A stretch of 64,000 bases of DNA, taken from Candidatus Sericytochromatia bacterium. Lineage in GTDB: Bacteria; Cyanobacteriota; Sericytochromatia; S15B-MN24; UBA4093. The translations under genes and the position numbers were made by a program. Shown here piece after piece: positions 8,976 to 18,861 of this stretch. The notes under the pieces were generated by a model that made no database searches, was not told the origin of the DNA, and saw only the letters and a list, made by a program, of their open reading frames with translations. The DNA lies in assembly GCA_036676985.1 (NCBI GenBank), contig JAKFBU010000001.1:96001-160000 (forward strand), read 5' to 3'. Position 1 is the first letter of the stretch; each line of letters begins with the position of its first letter.

Positions 8976-10820
8976 TCAGAGACTCAGGACCGGCTGGGAT
9001 CCGAAGACGGCGAGCGCCAGGGGTATTTTGCCCAGCGGAGCACTCACCTGGATGCCCTGCACCAGGGGACGCACCTCCTCGAACATCTCGCGGGCGATGC
9101 GCACGCCCTCGAGAGCCGCCTCGCCGCGCGCGTCCGCCGCGGCCATGCGCTCCAGCACCGACGGCGGGATGACGACGCCTGGGACCTCGTTGCTCATGAA
9201 CTCGGCGTTGCGGTAGCTCGCCAGCGGCCAGATCCCCGCGATGATGGGCAAGTTGAAGCCCTCGACCCGCTCCAGGAAGGTCTTGAGCTGCTCCACGTCG
9301 AACACCGGCTGGGTGATGGCGTACTGCGCGCCCGCCTCGACCTTCCAGGCGAAGCGCTTGAGCTCGTGCTCGAGATCCAGGGCCGCCGGGTTCACGCCCA
9401 CGCCGTAACAGAAGGCCGTCGGCTTGCCGATGGGATTGCCGCCGAGATCCAGTCCATGGTTCAGGCGGTTGACCATGTTGGAGAGGCCGATGGAGTCGAT
9501 GTCGAAGACGGCCGTCGCCTGCGGATAGGGGCCCATCTTGGGCGGATCGCCTGTCACCAACAGGAGGTTGCGCAGGCCGAGTGCCGCCGCCCCCAGCAGG
9601 TCGCTCTGCATGCCGAGGAGGTTGCGATCGCGGCACGTGTAATGCACCACCGCCTCGATGCCTTCGCGCTCGATGAGCTGCGAGGTGGCCATGGCCCCCA
9701 TGCGGCTCTGGGCCCGGGGGCCGTCCGGCACGTTGATGGCGTCCACCCCCGCGTCTCGGATGAGGCGCACGCCCTCCAGCATCGCCGCGGGGTCGCAGCC
9801 CTTGGGCGGCATGATCTCGACGGAGGTCACGAACTCGCCACGGGCGAGCTTCGCGGCGAAGCGCGATCGCTCGGCCAGAGGCACCGGCTCGACGGTCGGC
9901 AGCTCGGGGTCCAGCACCGAGAGGTGCGCTCCCTCGCGGCCCGGGGACAGGGCCCGAGCCGCATCGGCCATCTGGCGGACGTGCTCGGGGGTGGTGCCGC
10001 AGCAGCCTCCGATGAACTTCACGCCCGCCTGAATGAGGCGCTTGGCATACTTGGCCATGTAGTCGGGGCTCGACATGTACATCTTGCGGCCGTTGATCTC
10101 GCGGGGCATGCCCGCGTTCGGCTGCGCCGAGAGCTTCTTGTCGGTCGCCTGGGCCAGCTTCTCGACGGCCTCCAGGATGGTGGCGGGGCCGACCGAGCAG
10201 TTGAGGCCGATGACATCCGCTCCCCAGCGGTCGAGCATGCGCGCGGCATCCGCGGGGTCCGTGCCGTAGCTGGTCTTTCCGTCGTCCTGGATGGTCATCT
10301 GGGCGACGATGGGCAGGTCCGTCTGGGCGCGCACGGCGCGGATGGCCTGCTGGATCTCGCGCAGGTCCGAGAAGGTCTCGAGCACGAAGAGGTCCACGCC
10401 GCCCTCGACCAGGCCCGCGACGGCCTCGGCGAAGAAGGCCTCGGCCTCGTCCTCGGAGGTGGGACCGTAGGGCTCCAGGCGAATGCCCAGGGGGCCGATG
10501 GCGCCCGCCACGAAGAACTCGTCTCCTGCCGCCTGGCGGGCGATCTCGGCGGCGCGGCGGTTGATGAGGCGCACCTGGTCACCGATGCCGTAGCCGTCCA
10601 GGTGGGGCCGGGTCGCGCCGAAGGTGTTGGTCTCGATGATCTCGGCGCCCGCCTTGAGGTACTCGCGATGGACCTCGCGGACCAGATCCGGCTCCTTGAG
10701 GTTCAGCTCGTCGTAGCAGCGGTTGATGAACACGCCCTTGGAGTAGAGCATGGTCCCCATGGCGCCGTCGAAGACGGCGACCCGGTCCTCTTCCAGCAGC
10801 TTCCGGAAGTCGCGGCCCAT
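8976..10820 (-). CDS. yitJ: Bifunctional homocysteine S-methyltransferase / methylenetetrahydrofolate reductase
   Basis: DGAMGT, GLNCSVGP, GGCCGT followed by an MTHFR domain (INVPDGPRA, HYTCRDRN, TGDPPK, ITQPVFD). Confidence 0.92.
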   Translation of the reverse strand: MGRDFRKLLEEDRVAVFDGAMGTMLYSKGVFINRCYDELNLKEPDLVREVHREYLKAGAEIIETNTFGATRPHLDGYGIGDQVRLINRRAAEIARQAAGDEFFVAGAIGPLGIRLEPYGPTSEDEAEAFFAEAVAGLVEGGVDLFVLETFSDLREIQQAIRAVRAQTDLPIVAQMTIQDDGKTSYGTDPADAARMLDRWGADVIGLNCSVGPATILEAVEKLAQATDKKLSAQPNAGMPREINGRKMYMSSPDYMAKYAKRLIQAGVKFIGGCCGTTPEHVRQMADAARALSPGREGAHLSVLDPELPTVEPVPLAERSRFAAKLARGEFVTSVEIMPPKGCDPAAMLEGVRLIRDAGVDAINVPDGPRAQSRMGAMATSQLIEREGIEAVVHYTCRDRNLLGMQSDLLGAAALGLRNLLLVTGDPPKMGPYPQATAVFDIDSIGLSNMVNRLNHGLDLGGNPIGKPTAFCYGVGVNPAALDLEHELKRFAWKVEAGAQYAITQPVFDVEQLKTFLERVEGFNLPIIAGIWPLASYRNAEFMSNEVPGVVIPPSVLERMAAADARGEAALEGVRIAREMFEEVRPLVQGIQVSAPLGKIPLALAVFGSQPVLSL

Positions 10821-10822
10821 GG

Positions 10823-13800
10823 CTACACCGTCTCCTTGGCGAGGCGCGGGTGCGCGCTGACCCGCTCGCCGCCCTGCTGGCGGATGGCGTAGTACTTGGC
10901 CTCGGGATGGTGGAGTACCACGGCCACCGTGGACTGCTCGGGCACCAGCTGGCAGCTCTCCGTGAGCGTCATGCCGATGGCCTCGGTGATGGGCATCAGA
11001 TCAAAGAGCTTGCGGTGGTCGTCCAGGTCCGGGATGGCCGGATAGCCCCAGCTGTACCGCTTGCCCTGCCCGGGCCCGAGGGCGAGCTCCTGCTTGATGT
11101 GGCGGTGCGCCACCTCCGCGAGGGCCTCGGCCGCCTCGACCGAGAGACCGTGGATGAAGTAGGCCTCCGAGTAGTCGCCCGCGGCCTGCAGGCGCTCGTT
11201 GAGCTCGGTGGAGCCGGGGCCCATGGTCACGGCCTGGAAGGCCACCACGTCGAGCCTGCCCGAGTCCGTCGAGGCGAAGTAGTCCGCGAGGCACAGGTGC
11301 TCGCCTTCCGGCTGGCGCGGGAACTCGAAGACGGTCTTGACGACCGAGCTCTCGGGCGATTCGTACACCAGGAGCCGGTTGCCCTCCGACTGGCAGGGGT
11401 AGTAGCCGTAGACGACCCGGGGCGTGAGGAAGCCTTCCTTCTTGGCACGGGCCTTGAGGGCCTCGAGGCGCGGCTGGAACTCGGTGGCGAGCAGCTTCTC
11501 CCACTCGGCGCCGTTGGTCGCACGCGCACCCCACGAGAGCCTGAAGAGGCTCTTGAGGTCGAGGCAGTCGAAGACCCGGTCCAGGGGGATCTGCTCGATC
11601 ACCCGGTGGCCCCAGAAGGGCGCCTCGGGGATGGCCACGTCCGTGCGCACGGCCGAGCGCACCGCGGGAGCCGCGGGCACCACGGCCGTCGCTTTGGGCT
11701 TGGCCGCGGCCGCCAGGGCCTCCCGGTGGATCTTGGAGACGAAGGTGTCCCGGGTCTCGGGGTTGGTGAGCTGGTCGACGATGGAGAGACCCTCGAAGGC
11801 ATCGTTGGCGTAGAACACGCCCGCCTCGTAGGGAACGCCGTCGGCCGTGAGGTCGATGCGCCGTCCGAAGCTGCGGTTGATGGCCGCCCCGCCCACGATC
11901 ACGGGGAACTTGAGGCCGCGCTTGTGGAGCTCGTCGACGCACGAGGGCATCTGCTTGGAGGTCGAGACCAGGAGGGCCGAGAGGCCGATGGCGTCCGCCT
12001 CCACCTCGAGGGCCTTCTCGATGATGGTGTTGACGGGCACCTGCTTGCCCAGGTCGTAGACCGTGTAGCCGTTGTTGGTGAGGATGGTGTTGACGAGGTT
12101 CTTGCCGATGTCGTGCACGTCGCCGTACACCGTCGCGAGCACCACCTTGCCCTTGGTGTAGCCTTCCTTCTTCTCGAGGAACTGCTCGAGGTAGGCGACG
12201 GCCTTCTTCATGACCTCGGCGGACTGCAGCACGAAGGGCAGGATGAGCTCGCCCCGGCCGAACTTGTCGCCCACGTCCTTCATGGCGGGCAAGAGGACCG
12301 TGTTGAGGACCGTGACCGGGTCCTTGGCCTTGAGGACCTCGTCGATCCGGTCCTCGATGCCGTCCTTCTTGCGGTGCAGGATCTGGTAGTGGATCCGCTC
12401 CTCGGCCGTCATGCCCTCGGTGGGATCCTCGACGGGCCCCGAGGAGGCGGCCGCCTTGTTATCCTCGAAGTACTGGATGAAGCGCTGCAACGCGTCCGGC
12501 GTGCGGTTGTGGACCAGGTCCTCGGCGAGCTCGCGCTGCTCGGCGGGGATCTCGGCCAAGGGCGTGATGTGCGCCGGGTTCACGATGGCGAGGTCCAGGC
12601 CCGCCTGCACGCAGTGGTGCAGGAAGACCGAGTTGAGGACACCGCGGGCATGCGGGGCGAGGCCGAAGCTCACGTTCGAGACGCCGAGCACCGTGAGGAC
12701 GCCGGGCAGGGCCTCCTTGATGAGGCGGATGCCCTCGATGGTCTCCTTGGCCGAGTCCTTGAACTCGTCGTCGCCCGTGCTGAGGGTGAAGGTGAGGTCG
12801 TCGAAGATGAGTGCCTCGGGCTTGAGGCCATACTCGCCCACCACGATGTCGTGGATGCGGCGGGCGACCTCGAGCTTGCGCTCGGCGGTCTTGGCCATGC
12901 CGACCTCGTCGATGGTGAGGGCCACCACCGCCGCGCCGTGCTCGAGCACGTGGGGCAGGATGGCGTCGATGCGGGTGCGGCCGTTCTCGAGGTGCACGGA
13001 GTTGACGATGGCGCGGCCGGGATAGGTCCGGAGCGCCTCGAGGAGCACGGCGGGCTCGGTCGAGTCGATCATCAGGGGCGCCTCGACGCCGGCTGCGAGC
13101 TTCTTGACCACCTTGCGCATCTGCTCGGCCTCGTCGGCCCGCTCGGTGAGGGCCACGCAGACGTCGAGCACGTGCGCGCCGCCGTCGACCTGCTCGCGGG
13201 CGACCTCCTGCACGCCGTCGTAGTCCTCGGCGAGGAGGAACTGCTTGAGCTTGCGGCTGCCCTGGGCGTTGACGCGCTCACCGACCAAGAGCGGCTTGGG
13301 GTCCTGGTGCAGGCTCGTCGAGCGGATGGCGCTCGCGACGTACGGCTCGCGCGAGGCGACCCGCGGCTTGGGGGTGAGGCCCGCGACGGCCTCGACCACG
13401 GCCCGGATGTGGGCCGGGGTGGTGCCACAACAGCCGCCCACGACGTTCACGCCGTACTGTGCGACGAACTCGCGCAGGGCCGCTGCCATGGGCGCGGGCT
13501 CCAGGGGATAGACGGCCTTGCCGTCGACGTTGAGGGGCAGGCCCGCGTTCGGGATGATGGAGACGGGCTTGGTGGCGCGCTCGGCGAAGACCTGCACGGG
13601 GCCGCGCATGTGCTCGGGGCCCGTCGAGCAGTTGAGGCCGATGACGTCCACCGGCAGGCTCTCGAGGATGGCGATCGCCGCCCCCACGTCCGTGCCGAGC
13701 AGCATGCGGCCGCTGGTGTCGAGCGTGACCTGGACCTGCAAGGGAACGCGGTTGCCGGACTTCTTGAAGTAGCGCTGAATGCCGGCGATCGCCGCCTTCA

Positions 13801-14308
13801 CCTCCAGGATGTCCTGCGAGGTCTCGACCAAGAGCACGTCGCAGCCACCCTCGACCAGGGGGGCGGCCTGCTCCTCGAAGATGGCCGCCAGCTCCTCGAA
13901 GGTGATGTTGCCGAGCGTCGGGTCGTCCGAGCTCGGCAGCATGCCCGTGGGGCCGATGGAGCCCGCCACGAAGCGCGGCTTGTCCGGGGTGCTGTAGCGG
14001 TCCGCCACCCGGCGCGCGAGCTGGGCCGCCTGGAAATTCTGCTCGTAGGTGAGGTGCCCGAGGCCGTACTCCTCGAGCTTGGGGCGGTTGCCGCCGAAGG
14101 TGTCCGTCTCGAGGACGTCGCAGCCGGCCTCCATGTAGCTCGCGTGGACCTGCTCGATCACCTCGGGCTTCACGAGCACCAGGTACTCGTTGCACCCCTC
14201 CTTGCCCCCATAGTCCTCGGCCGTCAGGTAGAAGTTCTGGATCGAGGTGCCCATGGCCCCGTCATAGACGAGGATGCGACGCTCCAGCTCGGACAGGTAT
14301 CGGCTCAT
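10823..14308 (-). CDS. metH: Cobalamin-dependent methionine synthase
   Basis: Hcy-binding domain (GLNC, GGCCGT), pterin-binding domain (GERVNAQGS), B12 motif GDVHDIGKN and reactivation domain (RYSWGYP). Start MSRYL at 14308. Confidence 0.95.
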   Translation of the reverse strand: MSRYLSELERRILVYDGAMGTSIQNFYLTAEDYGGKEGCNEYLVLVKPEVIEQVHASYMEAGCDVLETDTFGGNRPKLEEYGLGHLTYEQNFQAAQLARRVADRYSTPDKPRFVAGSIGPTGMLPSSDDPTLGNITFEELAAIFEEQAAPLVEGGCDVLLVETSQDILEVKAAIAGIQRYFKKSGNRVPLQVQVTLDTSGRMLLGTDVGAAIAILESLPVDVIGLNCSTGPEHMRGPVQVFAERATKPVSIIPNAGLPLNVDGKAVYPLEPAPMAAALREFVAQYGVNVVGGCCGTTPAHIRAVVEAVAGLTPKPRVASREPYVASAIRSTSLHQDPKPLLVGERVNAQGSRKLKQFLLAEDYDGVQEVAREQVDGGAHVLDVCVALTERADEAEQMRKVVKKLAAGVEAPLMIDSTEPAVLLEALRTYPGRAIVNSVHLENGRTRIDAILPHVLEHGAAVVALTIDEVGMAKTAERKLEVARRIHDIVVGEYGLKPEALIFDDLTFTLSTGDDEFKDSAKETIEGIRLIKEALPGVLTVLGVSNVSFGLAPHARGVLNSVFLHHCVQAGLDLAIVNPAHITPLAEIPAEQRELAEDLVHNRTPDALQRFIQYFEDNKAAASSGPVEDPTEGMTAEERIHYQILHRKKDGIEDRIDEVLKAKDPVTVLNTVLLPAMKDVGDKFGRGELILPFVLQSAEVMKKAVAYLEQFLEKKEGYTKGKVVLATVYGDVHDIGKNLVNTILTNNGYTVYDLGKQVPVNTIIEKALEVEADAIGLSALLVSTSKQMPSCVDELHKRGLKFPVIVGGAAINRSFGRRIDLTADGVPYEAGVFYANDAFEGLSIVDQLTNPETRDTFVSKIHREALAAAAKPKATAVVPAAPAVRSAVRTDVAIPEAPFWGHRVIEQIPLDRVFDCLDLKSLFRLSWGARATNGAEWEKLLATEFQPRLEALKARAKKEGFLTPRVVYGYYPCQSEGNRLLVYESPESSVVKTVFEFPRQPEGEHLCLADYFASTDSGRLDVVAFQAVTMGPGSTELNERLQAAGDYSEAYFIHGLSVEAAEALAEVAHRHIKQELALGPGQGKRYSWGYPAIPDLDDHRKLFDLMPITEAIGMTLTESCQLVPEQSTVAVVLHHPEAKYYAIRQQGGERVSAHPRLAKETV

Positions 14309-14320
14309 TCCGTTCCTCAC

Positions 14321-14355
14321 AAAAAAAGATCCCCCCTTGGCATCAAGAGAGGATC
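14321..14355 (-). terminator. Intrinsic terminator forming the SAM riboswitch expression platform
   Basis: Minus strand gatcctctcttg-atgc-caaggggggatc followed by T7, just upstream of the metH start. Confidence 0.85.
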
Positions 14356-14363
14356 GCGCTTCC

Positions 14364-14467
14364 ACTTATTTCTCGGGGGTTTTCCCCGCAGGAATTGGCA
14401 CCTTCTCGGTAGTACCGAGGGTTGCCGGGCATCATCGGGCCAGTCCCTCCGCCATCTCTCAATAAGC
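14364..14467 (-). promoter_or_regulatory. SAM-I (S-box) riboswitch aptamer
   Basis: Minus strand CTTATTGAGAG..GGAGGGACTGGCCCGATGATGCCCGGCAACC..GGTGCCAATTCCTGC..GAAATAAG matches the S-box consensus; lies upstream of metH-yitJ. Confidence 0.95.
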
Positions 14468-14516
14468 AACGTATTCAGTTGTCAACTTTATATTCGGCAG
14501 GATATCAGCTCCCTTG

Positions 14517-14547
14517 AGCGCCGTCAAACCCGCGTTTGACGGCGCTT
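14517..14547 (-). terminator. Hairpin downstream of leuS (probable terminator)
   Basis: agcgccgtcaaac-ccgc-gtttgacggcgct inverted repeat. Confidence 0.6.
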
Positions 14548-14556
14548 TGAGGAAAG

Positions 14557-16980
14557 CTACTTGACCACCAGGTTGACCAGGCGGCCCGGGACCACGATCT
14601 CCTTGACGATGGTCTTGCCCTCGAGCTGATCGCGCACGCCCTCGGTGTCCTTGGCCTTGGCGAGAACGTCGCTCTGGTCGGCATCCGCCGCCACCACGAC
14701 CTTGCCGCGGATCTTGCCGTTGATCTGGATGGCGAGCTCGACTTCCTCTTCGACGGTCATGGCCTCGTCGTACTCGGGCCAGGTCCGGTAGGCGAGCGTC
14801 TCGGCGTGGCCCAGACGGCTCCACAGCTCCTCGGACAGGTGCGGCGCGAAGGGCGCCACCAGGAGGACCATGGACTCCACGATGGAGCGGGGCAGGACCT
14901 CGGCCTTGTAGGCGTCGTTGACGAGCATCATCAGGGCGCTGATGGCCGTGTTGAGGCGCAGGCCCTCGATGTCGCCGCCCACCTTCTTGATGGTCTTGTG
15001 CAGGCTGCGGTTGAGGTCGGGCGCCGCGGTGGCCGGCACGTCCTGGATGGCCGGGTTGAGGGTGTCCTCCTGGGTGACGACCAGGCGCCACAGTCGGTTC
15101 AAGAAGCGGTAGACGCCCTCGACGTTGGACATGTTCCAGGGCTTGGCGGCCTCCAGGGGCCCCATGAACATCTCGTACAGGCGGAGCGTGTCGGCGCCGT
15201 ACTTGGAGACGACATCGTCCGGGTTGATGACGTTGCCGCGCGACTTGGACATCTTCTCGTTGTTCTCGCCCAGGATCATGCCCTGGTTGAAGAGCTTCTT
15301 GAAGGGCTCCTTGGTCGAGACGACGCCGATGTCGTAGAGGACCTTGTGCCAGAAGCGCGCATACAGGAGGTGCAGGACCGCGTGCTCGGCGCCGCCGATG
15401 TAGAGGTCCACCGGCCCCCAGTACTGCTCGTGCTCCTTGCTGACGAGCTCGTCGGGGTTGCGGGCGTCCATGAACCGCAGGTAGTACCAGCACGAGCCGG
15501 CCCACTGGGGCATGGTGTTGGTCTCGCGGCGCACCACCTCGCCCGAGGGCAGGGTGACGTTGATCCAGTCATGGGCGTTCGCGAGCGGGCTCTCGCCCGT
15601 GCCCGAGGGACGGATCTCCTCGAGGTCGGGCAAGAGCAGGGGCAGGTCGTCCTCGGAGAGGGGCTCGACGCGGCCGTCGATGTGGTGCACGACGGGGATG
15701 GGCTCGCCCCAGTAGCGCTGGCGGCTGAAGAGCCAGTCGCGCAGGCGGTAGTTGACCTTCTTGCGGCCGACGCCCTTCTCCTCGAGCCAGGCGATCATCT
15801 TGGCCTTGGCCTCGTCGACGCCGAGGCCGTCCAGGAAGCCCGAGTTGACGTGCGGCCCCTCGCCGGCGTAGGCCTCGGTCTCGAGGTCGCCGCCCGCGAT
15901 GACCTCGAGGATGGGCAGCCCCATGGCCTTGGCGAACTCCCAGTCGCGCTGGTCGTGGCCGGGAACTGCCATGATGGCGCCCGTGCCGTAGGTGGCGAGC
16001 ACGTAGTCCGCGATCCAGACGGGCACGCGCTCGCCGTTGGCGGGGTTCACGGCGTAGGCGCCGGTGAAGGCCCCCGTCTTCTCCTTGGCGAGGTCCGTGC
16101 GCTCCAGGTCGCTCTTGCGGGCCGCCTGCTCGCGGTAGGCCGCGACGGCATCGAACTGCGCGGCGCTCGTGATCTTCTCGACCAAGGGGTGCTCGGGGGC
16201 GAGCACGCAGTAGGTGGCGCCGAACAGGGTGTCGGGGCGGCTGGTGAAGACGGTGAAGGACTCGTTGCTGCCCTCGACCTGGAACGTGATCTCGGCGCCC
16301 TCGGAGCGGCCGATCCAGTTACGCTGCATCTCGAGGACGCTCTCGGGCCAGTCGAGCTCGGCCAGGTCCTCGATCAGGCGATCGGCATAGGCCGTGATCT
16401 TGAGCATCCACTGCTTCATGGGCTTGCGGATGACGGGGTGGCCGCCGCGCTCGCTCTTGCCGTCGATGACCTCTTCGTTGGCGAGCACCGTGCCGAGCGC
16501 CGGACACCAGTTGACGGGCACCTCGGCGATGTAGGCGAGGCCCTTCTTATAGAGCTGCAGGAAGATCCACTGCGTCCACTTGTAGTAGTCGGTGTCGGTG
16601 GTGCTGAGCTCGCGGTCCCAGTCGTAGGAGAAGCCGAGGCTCTTGATCTGGCGCTTGAAGTTGGCGATGTTGCGCTTGGTGATCTCGCGCGGGTGCTCGC
16701 CGGTGTCGAGGGCGTGCTGCTCCGCGGGCAGGCCGAAGGCGTCCCAGCCCATGGGGTGCAGGACGTTGAAGCCCTTCATGCGCTTGTAGCGCGAGACGAT
16801 GTCGGTGGCCGTGTAGCCCTCGGGATGGCCCACGTGCAGGCCCGCCCCCGAGGGGTACGGGAACATGTCGAGGACGTAGTACTTGGGCTTGGACCGGTCC
16901 TCGGTCGTCTTGAAGGTCTTGTGGGCATCCCAATAGGCTTGCCACTTGGGCTCGATCAGGGCGGGATCGTACTTCGACAT
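14557..16980 (-). CDS. leuS: Leucine--tRNA ligase
   Basis: [14 protein letters not shown] (HIGH), KMSKS, editing domain [12 protein letters not shown]. Confidence 0.97.
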   Translation of the reverse strand: MSKYDPALIEPKWQAYWDAHKTFKTTEDRSKPKYYVLDMFPYPSGAGLHVGHPEGYTATDIVSRYKRMKGFNVLHPMGWDAFGLPAEQHALDTGEHPREITKRNIANFKRQIKSLGFSYDWDRELSTTDTDYYKWTQWIFLQLYKKGLAYIAEVPVNWCPALGTVLANEEVIDGKSERGGHPVIRKPMKQWMLKITAYADRLIEDLAELDWPESVLEMQRNWIGRSEGAEITFQVEGSNESFTVFTSRPDTLFGATYCVLAPEHPLVEKITSAAQFDAVAAYREQAARKSDLERTDLAKEKTGAFTGAYAVNPANGERVPVWIADYVLATYGTGAIMAVPGHDQRDWEFAKAMGLPILEVIAGGDLETEAYAGEGPHVNSGFLDGLGVDEAKAKMIAWLEEKGVGRKKVNYRLRDWLFSRQRYWGEPIPVVHHIDGRVEPLSEDDLPLLLPDLEEIRPSGTGESPLANAHDWINVTLPSGEVVRRETNTMPQWAGSCWYYLRFMDARNPDELVSKEHEQYWGPVDLYIGGAEHAVLHLLYARFWHKVLYDIGVVSTKEPFKKLFNQGMILGENNEKMSKSRGNVINPDDVVSKYGADTLRLYEMFMGPLEAAKPWNMSNVEGVYRFLNRLWRLVVTQEDTLNPAIQDVPATAAPDLNRSLHKTIKKVGGDIEGLRLNTAISALMMLVNDAYKAEVLPRSIVESMVLLVAPFAPHLSEELWSRLGHAETLAYRTWPEYDEAMTVEEEVELAIQINGKIRGKVVVAADADQSDVLAKAKDTEGVRDQLEGKTIVKEIVVPGRLVNLVVK

Positions 16981-17063
16981 AGGCTCCTCTACTCAACTCC
17001 GGGGGGCTTCATCATACCAAAGCCTGTGTGGCTTGGCACTCCGGCGAGGATCGAACGGGAGCC

Positions 17064-18791
17064 TCAGTCGCCCCGATCATCAGGTACCATCGGCCGCACC
17101 TCGAAGCTGTGCGAGCCGACCTCGAGCGTCCGCCACTCCGCCGGCACGACCCGCGGGCGGAACCGCTCGAGCGCCTCCTCGAGCTGCTCGCCCGTGACCC
17201 CTCCGTGGCGCGACGCCAGGAAGCCCACCCGGGTCCAGCCACGTGCCGACTCTTGGAACAGCGGGTAGGAGGCCCCATCGAGCAGGACGTACTCGTCCCC
17301 GCCGTCGGCATCGAGATCGACGGCCAGAAACACCACGGGTCGGCCGGATCGGTAGGCTCCGCCGATGAGCGGATCCCGTTGGCCGCGCTCGAAGAGGTAT
17401 CGTGCGAAGGCCTCGTCCAATACCTTTCCGGCCGGCACGATCCGGGTCCCGAGCCGGACCTCTTCCGCCGTGAGGGTGGCCGCCGGCCGGTTCGCGAGGG
17501 CCGCTGCCGCCAAGGAGCGGATCGCCGCCTCCCGGTGCTCGGAGAGGCGGACCAGGGCATCGTGGCCGTAGCGACCGCCATGCACGCGCAGGTAGCCGAA
17601 GTCGAAGTCCGACGGCGCCACCCGGCCGCTCACAAGGCGAGACACCTGGCTCGCGACGGAGACGCGCTCGGGATCGATGACGGGCGTGTTGACCAGGACC
17701 CCCAGCACCACCACCAGGACCGCCAGGCCCACGTTGAAGGCCGGCAGCCGGTCGGGCCAGGCCATCCGCCGGCTCACGACCGAAAAGGCGTAGGCGCATG
17801 CCCAGGCGCCGCCCACGAGGACCATGAGGCTCGCCAGCACCCGGTCCGTGCTCCAGCCGTATTGCTGGACGCGCAGCCCCAAGGACCACGCGCAGAGGAC
17901 CGTGAAGGCCGGCAAGAGGACTTGGGCCGCGGCGATCGCCCGCGCCAACCACGCAGGATAGGCTGGCCGCCGAACCTCGTCGGTGTAGGCGAGGGCCGTG
18001 AGGCCGAGGACCGCGAGCTGCAGCGCGAGCATCAGGACCGATGCGTGGCCCGTGTCCCAGATGGGCTGCAAGCCGGTGAACGGCAGGGTCAGCAGGAACG
18101 AGACCGCGATGAACGCGGCCAGGGGCGCGAGCCAGGCCGCCAGCTGGACGGGCACCTGCCTCACCCGCTCGAACAGGTCCTCCTGCCCTCGCAGGGCGCG
18201 GACCACCGCTCCGTAGCCCATGGCGGACACCGGCAGGATGAAGGCCTGCTGCGAGAAGACGAGCTCGAAGAAGCCGACGCCCACGACCCGGAAGAGCTGG
18301 GCCCACAGCATCAGGAGGGCCCACAGGAGTCCCTGGGCGGAGGCCGCGAGCCCCAGCGTGAGGACGTTGGCCACCAGCTGTCGCATGAACGCGCGGGGCC
18401 AAGGCGCCTCACCGGAGTGGCGGGCCTGGACCAGCGAGACCGCGAGTCCCCACCCCACGAGGAGGGTGAAGCCGAAGAGGGCCAGGCGCTCGAAGTTGCC
18501 TTCAGCCAAGGGCTTGAGGCCGAGCGCCCATCCCTGATACCAGCCCAGGCCCGAGAGCAAGAAGAGGCCGCCCCCTAGGCCGACGAGCGCACGATGGCCC
18601 CAGAAGCCGGCGGGGAAGAGGTGCAGCGTCAGCGGGCCCAGCAACAGGACCGCGACCACCGGCACGAGCACCGTCATGTGCGTCATCGGCGGAACGTTCC
18701 GCGCGAAGAGCTCGCCCGTGAGATAGAGGGCCGCGCCTTGCAAGAGGCCGATCAAGAGGGCGAGACGGAGGGTGGGAAGCGGTCGGCTCAT
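17064..18791 (-). CDS. DUF4153-like polytopic membrane protein
   Basis: Many TM segments, LRVQQYGWSTDR and SVASQVSRL motifs. Start MSRPLP at 18791. Confidence 0.7.
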   Translation of the reverse strand: MSRPLPTLRLALLIGLLQGAALYLTGELFARNVPPMTHMTVLVPVVAVLLLGPLTLHLFPAGFWGHRALVGLGGGLFLLSGLGWYQGWALGLKPLAEGNFERLALFGFTLLVGWGLAVSLVQARHSGEAPWPRAFMRQLVANVLTLGLAASAQGLLWALLMLWAQLFRVVGVGFFELVFSQQAFILPVSAMGYGAVVRALRGQEDLFERVRQVPVQLAAWLAPLAAFIAVSFLLTLPFTGLQPIWDTGHASVLMLALQLAVLGLTALAYTDEVRRPAYPAWLARAIAAAQVLLPAFTVLCAWSLGLRVQQYGWSTDRVLASLMVLVGGAWACAYAFSVVSRRMAWPDRLPAFNVGLAVLVVVLGVLVNTPVIDPERVSVASQVSRLVSGRVAPSDFDFGYLRVHGGRYGHDALVRLSEHREAAIRSLAAAALANRPAATLTAEEVRLGTRIVPAGKVLDEAFARYLFERGQRDPLIGGAYRSGRPVVFLAVDLDADGGDEYVLLDGASYPLFQESARGWTRVGFLASRHGGVTGEQLEEALERFRPRVVPAEWRTLEVGSHSFEVRPMVPDDRGD

Positions 18792-18861
18792 GGACGGATC
18801 CTTTCGGGCGACGGCAGCGCGCCATACCCTAAGCGTACCCGCAAGCGAGCCGAAATGGCGA

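Noticed and set aside
8976-14467. metH plus yitJ under a SAM-I riboswitch as a novelty
   Set aside because: A well-known arrangement; recorded as features only.
10850-17268. Very long plus-strand ORFs (1229 aa, 820 aa) and similar ORFs opposite other genes
   Set aside because: Antisense shadows of metH, leuS, hppA, pcrA and others, caused by high-GC codon bias; no recognisable motifs.
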